From positions 1 to 17,474 of the forward strand of contig CALBRH010000050.1 of the NCBI GenBank assembly GCA_937899865.1: DNA of 17,474 bases. Direction: 5' to 3'. Below, one piece after another: positions 1 through 7,000 of the stretch. The notes beneath the pieces are model-generated. The model saw only the letters and a program-made list of their open reading frames with translations. It searched no databases and was not told where the DNA came from. Each line of letters begins with the position of its first letter. Position 1 is the stretch's first letter. A program made the position numbers and the translations under genes. This DNA is from an uncultured euryarchaeote (GTDB taxonomy: Archaea > Thermoplasmatota > Poseidoniia > Poseidoniales > Poseidoniaceae).

Positions 1-59
1 AAGGTCAACAAGGCCAGCAAGGTCAACAAGGCCAGCAAGGTCAACAAGGCCAGCAAGGT
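1..59 (+). repeat. 18-bp tandem repeat AAGGTCAACAAGGCCAGC x3 plus partial copy, encoding (GQQGQQ)n; probably continues upstream
   Basis: Exact copies at 1-18, 19-36 and 37-54, then AAGGT at 55-59. Degenerate CAA/CAG/GGT/GGC triplets continue to about 258. Confidence 0.95.
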
Positions 60-908
60 GAACAAGGCGAGCAGCAGGATAACGGGCAAGGACAACAACA
101 ACAAGGTGGAGAACAAGGTGGCCAACAAGGTCAGCAAGATCAACAAGATCAGAACGGTCAAAACCAAAATGGACAAAACGAACAACAACAAGGACAAACC
201 CAAAACGGTCAACAAGGCCAACAAGGCGAACAGACCGACCAGCAGCAAGGCCAACAGCTAGATAATCAGGATTTGAACGGTGATAATGACAACGATGGCG
301 ACGGTATTCCAGATGATGTCGACAATGATGACGACAATGACGGAATCCCTGATGACGTTGACGCCAATCCAGAAGATCATGATAATGACGGAATTAATGA
401 TGCAGAAGATAACGACGACGATGGCGACGGTATAGACGACCAGGAAGAAGTTACTGACGGCAATCAAAACACCGACATTTATGATCACGACAATGACGGA
501 ATTTCCGACAGTGTTGATTTAGACATTGATAATGATGGTATTGACAACAGAAATGATTGGGAAGACTTGAATGGCAATGGCGTAATGGATGCTGGCGAGG
601 ATCGCACACGCGACCACGACAATGACGGTTTGAATGACGCTGAAGACTTAGATGATGATAACGACAATATCCTCGATACCGAGGAGATTGGCGGCCCAAC
701 ATCTACTGGCTACCGCTATGATCACGATAATGATGGATATGTCGATATGACAGATACTGACGATGATAACGACGGTCTTTCTGACTGGTTCGAAAACAAC
801 GACGGTAATGATATGACTGGTCAATTCGACCACGATAATGATGGCATTGATGACGTAACAGATGATGACGACGATAACGACGGCATCCTCGATGTCCTAG
901 AACTTTGA
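3..908 (+). CDS. 5'-truncated protein (>301 aa): Gly/Gln/Asn-rich low-complexity region (GQQ repeats), then thrombospondin type-3-like acidic Ca-binding repeats (DHDNDG...DDDNDG); no C-terminal membrane anchor
   Basis: The frame of track ORF 273..908 is open back to base 3: GQQGQQGQQGQQGQQGQQGEQGEQQDNGQGQQQQ...GQQLDNQDLNGDNDNDGDGIPD... It therefore starts upstream of the window, not at 273. DHDNDG occurs five times (375, 483, 612, 720, 828). An EF-hand/SdrD-like loop DLNGNGVMDAGE lies at 564-599. Stop TGA at 906-908 is followed by further stops and a terminator. Confidence 0.9.
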   Translation, partial: GQQGQQGQQGQQGQQGQQGEQGEQQDNGQGQQQQGGEQGGQQGQQDQQDQNGQNQNGQNEQQQGQTQNGQQGQQGEQTDQQQGQQLDNQDLNGDNDNDGDGIPDDVDNDDDNDGIPDDVDANPEDHDNDGINDAEDNDDDGDGIDDQEEVTDGNQNTDIYDHDNDGISDSVDLDIDNDGIDNRNDWEDLNGNGVMDAGEDRTRDHDNDGLNDAEDLDDDNDNILDTEEIGGPTSTGYRYDHDNDGYVDMTDTDDDNDGLSDWFENNDGNDMTGQFDHDNDGIDDVTDDDDDNDGILDVLEL

Positions 909-929
909 GTAATAGGCTAACATCATTCC

Positions 930-947
930 ACTGATAGCAATATCAGT
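930..947 (+). other. 7-bp RNA hairpin with GNRA tetraloop (ACTGATA-GCAA-TATCAGT)
   Basis: Perfect 7-bp inverted repeat closed by GCAA, 4 nt upstream of the terminator hairpin. Confidence 0.65.
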
Positions 948-951
948 TATT

Positions 952-990
952 GGTCTCCTGAGGAGTTCGCTCCTCGGGAGACCTTTTTTT
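952..990 (+). terminator. Intrinsic-terminator-like hairpin: 14-bp stem, UUCG loop, U7 tract
   Basis: GGTCTCCTGAGGAG-TTCG-CTCCTCGGGAGACC (13 Watson-Crick pairs plus one G-U), immediately followed by TTTTTTT at 984-990, 43 nt after the upstream stop codon. Confidence 0.85.
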
Positions 991-1087
991 ATTTTGAATT
1001 CGGCATTGATACTTATTTGCTGACTTGATACTAAAGGTACTAATCGACCTATCGCGTTGATATACCATACTCCGGTGGCAAATTGTC

Positions 1088-1093
1088 GGGGTG
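1088..1093 (+). promoter_or_regulatory. Archaeal-type Shine-Dalgarno (GGGGTG) for the giant ORF
   Basis: GGGGTG lies 5 nt before ATG 1099 and 11 nt before ATG 1105. This supports a start there rather than at the track's TTG 1057. Confidence 0.6.
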
Positions 1094-1098
1094 CAGAA

Positions 1099-4000
1099 AT
1101 GCAAATGAAAAAATACCAAAGTAAAACTGAAAATCGCCGAAAATTAACACTGTCATTATTGATGGTTTTCTTAATGATATCAAGCACAACTATCTCTTTT
1201 TTGGCGACAGAATCGTCAACAGAAGAGAACACACCAAGCTTCAGTATAGCTTCTGGCGGGGAGATTCTCCATCCAGAAATTGTTCCTCAAGGCGGTGAGG
1301 TTTCTGGCCAAGGCACATTGGTTGACTTCAACCAATTACCATCTCAGCCACACCCTGCATTGTATGACATCATGTGGACCGACCCCGGTGTTTCATCTGG
1401 TGTAATAAGTGACATGTCGGCAATCTTTGCTCTTTCTCAAACATATTCTGTATTCCTTGAAGAGTCAAATAAAGAAGACCACGATAATGATGGAATTAAC
1501 GATTTGAATGATTTAGATGACGATAATGACGGAATCTATGACTTGTTAGAAAGATTTGACGGATGTTATGGAACCGATCCACTTGACCACGACAATGATG
1601 GAATCCCTGATGTTGATGATTGGGATGACGATAATGACGGGATTTTAGAAGGCCCACTAGACATTGAGGCATTGGAAGCACAAGGTCTCGACCCAATAAA
1701 TGTATCAACAGATAGATACCTCGATTCTGCAATCATTCATCCTTGGACAGATGCTCCGGTTGGACCATTATACCTTGCAGATCAGAACCCTATGGACCAT
1801 GATAACGATGGGGTAACTGACGAAGATAGTGATGGTTCAGGAGCAGATAGATACGACGAAGATGATGATAATGATGGAAGAATTGACCAATTCAAGTGGC
1901 CATGCGACTTAGATAGTGATGGTGTTCAGGATTATTTTGACAGTGATGACGATAACGACGGAATCCTTGATGTTCAAGACCGAGACCCATACAACGCATC
2001 TATTGATACAATAATGGGAGATACTGGTGAGCTAACCGATGCAGCACGAGAATGGCAATTAAACGAATATATCGCATATTCCGGCGGAGTAGACTTCCTT
2101 GCATGGGAGCAAAACCGTGTTAATGGTCCATTAGCGACAGCATCAGGATTCTATCCATTATTCGAAGATGCAACAATTACTGCACAAGGAACTCCTTCGT
2201 TTACCCAAATTTTTGATGGCGACTTGGATCAAGATGGCATACCTAATTTCCTTGACCCTGACGACGACAATGATGGTCTACCGGACAGTTCAGATACCGA
2301 TGATGACAATGATGGAATCTTGGATATGTCAGATCCTGATGATGACAATGACTTCATTGCGGACGTTTGTGTTGTTGTTGATTTCAATAATGATGGATTT
2401 AATGATTATAATTGGAGCAATGACACCGGGTCATATCAAACGCCAGGTGGCGATACCGATGGTGTAGCAGGCTTAGATTGTGAAATTGATTATGATGGCG
2501 ATTTAGATGACGACCGAATGAGACCATTCGACCAAAACTACAACGCAGTTCCCGATTGGTTAGATCTTGATATGGGTGGAACTCCAAATCCAGATAATCT
2601 AGCTAATATTGCAGTAAGTGGCGATCAAGCTAACTTTGAATATGACTTAGATGACGACCAAATTCAAAATGAAAATGATTCATTCCCATTAGATGCAAGC
2701 GCAGATGTCGCTTCATGGAACTGCCCAACGCAAGCAAACCCAATTCCAGCAAACCCAGATCCAAGATGTACTACTAGAAGAGCATCATTCTCTCAGTTTA
2801 ATGATTGGGACGGCGATGGAATCTCAAACTGGGACGACATCGATGATGATAATGATGGAATAATCGATGTGCTTGATATCGATTGGGATTGTGATTTCGA
2901 TAATGATAATGATTTACATTTGATTAATGGTGCATTATACCGTGACGATGGTCCAAATGATATCGATTCCGATATTGATGGCGATGGTTTGGAAAATAGT
3001 ATTGATTGGGATGATGACAATGATGGATTGTCTGATTTGTACGATCCAGATGATGGTAATTGTGGAGTAGTAGACTTTGACCAAACAGATGCATTCTACA
3101 GGCCGTATTACCCGGCCGATGATGGCGGAGATCTTGATGGTAGCTCAGATAGCCAAGGCTATTCTGATAACGCATCAGATTATTGGAAAATGGTATTTCA
3201 ACACAATCCCTTTGATTCTATGATGATTAATTACAATGGTTATGATGCAACAACTCAACCGGTTACCCCTGGTGAAGTGCCAGAATTTTACTGGTTCTTG
3301 TTTGCTCGGTGGAATTCTCGTAATGGTGGTAATGAGTGGGATATTGATACCGATGGAGACTCATTAATCAATGGACTTGACACCGATCAAGATGGTGACG
3401 GACTACCTAATTGGTGGGATCAAGATGAAGGTAATGACGGTATCATGGATATAAACGATCCTAAGATGGGTGGAACATTTAATCTAACAACTTGTGGATA
3501 TACTGCGGGTAATTTCGCCACAGGATTCTCCTGTGGATACACTTACGCCTTTGCTTATCAAATGCCGCTAAATGGAGTAAATGCACAACTTGGCCTGCCA
3601 TTTTCGACAAGACCAGATATAGGTTTGGACCAAGGTCAAACTGCAGGGGGGCCGTCAAATAATTGGAGTTGTACTCCAGGTGCTCAAGGAGGTTGCTATC
3701 ATTATGACTATGGTAATGATGGAACTATTGATGCTGGTATTACTTACAGTCAAATCGCTAACAGCCGAGATGCATTCACTGTTTGGATGGGATTAACACT
3801 TGGTGTGCAAGGCTGGAGTTGGAATTCAGACACCGGCCCTGTGCAAGATTTCCCAGATGAAATGGGAGCCGATATAACTGCAAATGAAGTGGATGAGGAT
3901 ATTGATGGAGACAGTTTCAACAACACTATCGATATTGATGATGATGCTGATGGAGTTTACGACTGGTTCGATATCGATGATGATAATGATGGAGTCTGGG

Positions 4001-7000
4001 ATTACTTTGACATGGACACTAATGATGATTTAGACGATGATGCTAATATTACTTTGCCACAAGGATCATCATTCTTTACAGGAACAAATTGTGATGATAA
4101 TGATGACGACGGTAATGATGCTGACGCAGATGATGACGGATTCTTCCAAGCAGTATGGGATCGAGGAGAAATGACCCAAGGTTATCAAAACCCACGTTAT
4201 TATGACGTCGACAACGATAACGACGGGGTTCCAGATGCTGAAGACTATGATGATGATAACAACGGAATTGATGATTGGGCACAAGAACTACTTCCAGGCT
4301 GCTTCACCGGTGAAGAGCAATCTCCATGGGATCATGACAATGACAATATCTCTAATTGGGCTGATGACGATTGGGATGCAGATGGTTTGACAAACGACGT
4401 CGAACTCGCAATTTCTCTCACCCAAGCATTTGATCATGATAATGACGGTCTAAGGGACGATATTGATGAAGACGATGATGAAGATGGGATGAAGGATAAG
4501 GATGAAATCTTAGTTTGGCCAATTAGATATGATAGGAACTCGACAAATCCTTGGGACCACGACGACTTTGGTGACGGTGAAGCATTAGCTAATCCATCAG
4601 ATCCATCAGTAGGTCCAGACGCGATTGACAATGATGATGATAATGATTCACGAATCGACCCTGACTTCGATCATTTAGAAAATGGTGAAATCAATGACCC
4701 CTGTTACAATGGTGCTGAATCGAGTGATTGGGATTTCGATAATGATTGTTTACTCGATGCTGATGACAAGGCTCCAACGTTTATCACACTTAATGTTCCT
4801 GATAAGCTTTGGATTGATGCCAAGACGCCTCAAAGATTCTCAGGGCATGTTGACTGGATTAACCCAATAACCAGCGCTTATGAACCAGCACCAAATATCC
4901 CAGTACAAATCAACATTGAGTGGGCAAATAATGGTACGAAGGCCATAGAGTCAATTTATGTTCCAACCAATAACTTTGGTAACTTTACTTACAATCAATA
5001 TATTTACCCTGAAATGCTTACAGTAGGCGATGTAGGTACTTACAAAGTATATGCTGAAGTCACTGAATTATTCGTCTTTAACGGCAACCGGTCTCAAGAT
5101 TATTTCCTCGGTGTTGATGCTAATTTAACAGCAAATATCGCACCAATAGGTTCTTTCAAGAGTAGTGAGCAACCATTCAAGATTGATTTCTGGGCTCACT
5201 ATACTGCAGATACAGACAGAGGAGATTATACTAAACTTATCAGTAATGTGCCGATTACTTTCACCGTGAGAGGTGGCCCATTTGGCAATATTACTAGTCC
5301 AACAACCTTTGCTGGATTGGATGGCAATGGATACCGTACAGATAACCGAGGATTTGCTTCAGTGACTTTCGTTCAAGACTTGGGAATTGCTGGAACATGG
5401 CGACAAATTCGTTTGAATGCTAGCCTTGATAATGGGCCAGGACAAATCCCGGGCGGTTATGAAGAAATAATTTGGGACAATTTAACCAAACGTCACGTTG
5501 TAGTCACCGATCCAGTTACTGGCGATCCAGTCACTGGAAACTTCACAAGTTTGTATTCTAATACTACTTTACCAGCCGGCGACTACCTAGTAACAGGATT
5601 TGTTCAGCCTGAAATTACCGATTGGAGCTACTGTTACAACTTTACCGAATACAATGAAGTTAGTATGGAATGGGAAACTCCATCTTCACCAATTTATCGT
5701 GGAGGATATGGTAGAAACATTACAAATGAAGCGGATTGTATCAGCACAGTTGATCCTAACAATAGTACAGTAAATTTGCAATGGGAAAAAGACGTAGAGT
5801 GGCCTTACTCCTTTATGCATGGCGATCAAACAGAGCCAGAAAGTGTTAGAGTCATGCATCGTATGAATATTGACGGAACAATGTATGTGACAGGAACTAA
5901 TCCAGTATATTATTTCGATAAGACAATCAATAATGGCGACGGTAGTTTCGGTAACTGGGCAACTTTATTCCATGCAGACGCATTGACTAATGCAGGTCTA
6001 AATTACAATGAGGTTTCTGCAATCAAACCATACCCAACCAATTGGGACGGCAATCCAGCAAGTTTGACCGGTGAAGCAGCACTCTTACGTCCGTTTATCG
6101 ATACTGATGGAGACAACTGGTCTATTTCATTGGTTAATGGCGGCAATACAAACTTACCTCCTTGTGGAGCAGTTGACCCAACAGACCCAAATAGTGCTGT
6201 TAGGTGTGAAATAGTTCCAGAATTGAATACTGGTGAAGGGTTTAGAGTAGTTGGTACCGTTACCAATAGAACCCTTGCTCCTTGGGTCGATGACCCAATT
6301 ACGCTTCAAATCGATATTGATGGCAATGGATTATTTATCGGACAGCAAGAAACACAGTTTACATCTAAACCAACTCAAGCCTGCTCATCTTGCGATGCAG
6401 TGTATGATTACAACTTCACTTTCTTGAGCCAGTATCCGGCTAAGACTTACGGAACGAGAGTTGATTTCACTAATTCAGCGTATTATTTTACAGGAAATAC
6501 TAGCACATTATCGCCAACAGGTGCTTATATCAACATCAGTGTTATTGGTACTACCGATTTCCAAATGACTTCCACACCGCGTTTATATCGTAATACAAGC
6601 ACTGTAATACAAGCAAAATTGGTTGATAATTCATTGCAGCCGGTAAGAAATGCACCGGTGAATTACACTTGGTCATTCGATGGCAGAACTGGAGTAAACT
6701 ATACCGATGATAACGGCTTCTTTGAAGTCCCATTCACCATTAACAGCACAGATTCATTAGGTAATTTCTCTTTAGAATTCGAATATCCAGGTTCTAATTT
6801 ACTGAAAGGCTCGTCTGTAAGCCAGTACATATGGGTAATATCGCGTACCAATATTTCAGTCACGGATATTTTGCCAAGACAAGTCCAAGAGGAATTTGGT
6901 AATTTCAGAGTAAGCGGCGATTCATGGAATTTTGTTGCTCAAATTACCGATGATGGAGCTAACGATCCAAGTATTACTCCAGTCAATCTTAATGGTGCCC

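Noticed and set aside
1-59. CRISPR-like repeat array
   Set aside because: The repeats are contiguous 18-mers without spacers and lie inside a coding frame; no cas genes are present.
3-74. Collagen-like triple helix (G-X-Y x8)
   Set aside because: Only eight triplets are visible, there is no Pro, and the register breaks at base 75. It cannot be supported unless the repeat extends much further upstream.
58-261. 67-aa Lys/Asn-rich ORF in the track
   Set aside because: It is an off-frame shadow of the GQQ repeat. The frame starting at base 3 is open and continuous with the acidic-repeat protein.
258-833. Several minus-strand Ile/Val- or Ser-rich ORFs (258-488, 451-702, 485-667, 648-833), and similar ones opposite the giant and beta-helix genes
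   Set aside because: They are antisense shadows of GAT/GAC/AAT-rich coding sequence, with no RBS or recognisable protein features.
897-1232. 111-aa minus-strand ORF across the intergenic region
   Set aside because: It overlaps both flanking genes and the terminator hairpin, and has no recognisable motif.
3532-3603. Transglutaminase-like motif CGYTYAFAY...LGLP in the giant
   Set aside because: The Cys-to-GLP spacing is about 5 residues longer than CxxYA...GIPAR, there is a Pro inside the expected helix, the following HxW and D motifs are missing, and the Cys has an obvious neighbouring disulfide partner.
5509-5538. 15-bp near-perfect tandem duplication (DPVTG x2)
   Set aside because: It is an in-frame micro-duplication in a probable loop; real, but with no evidence of function.
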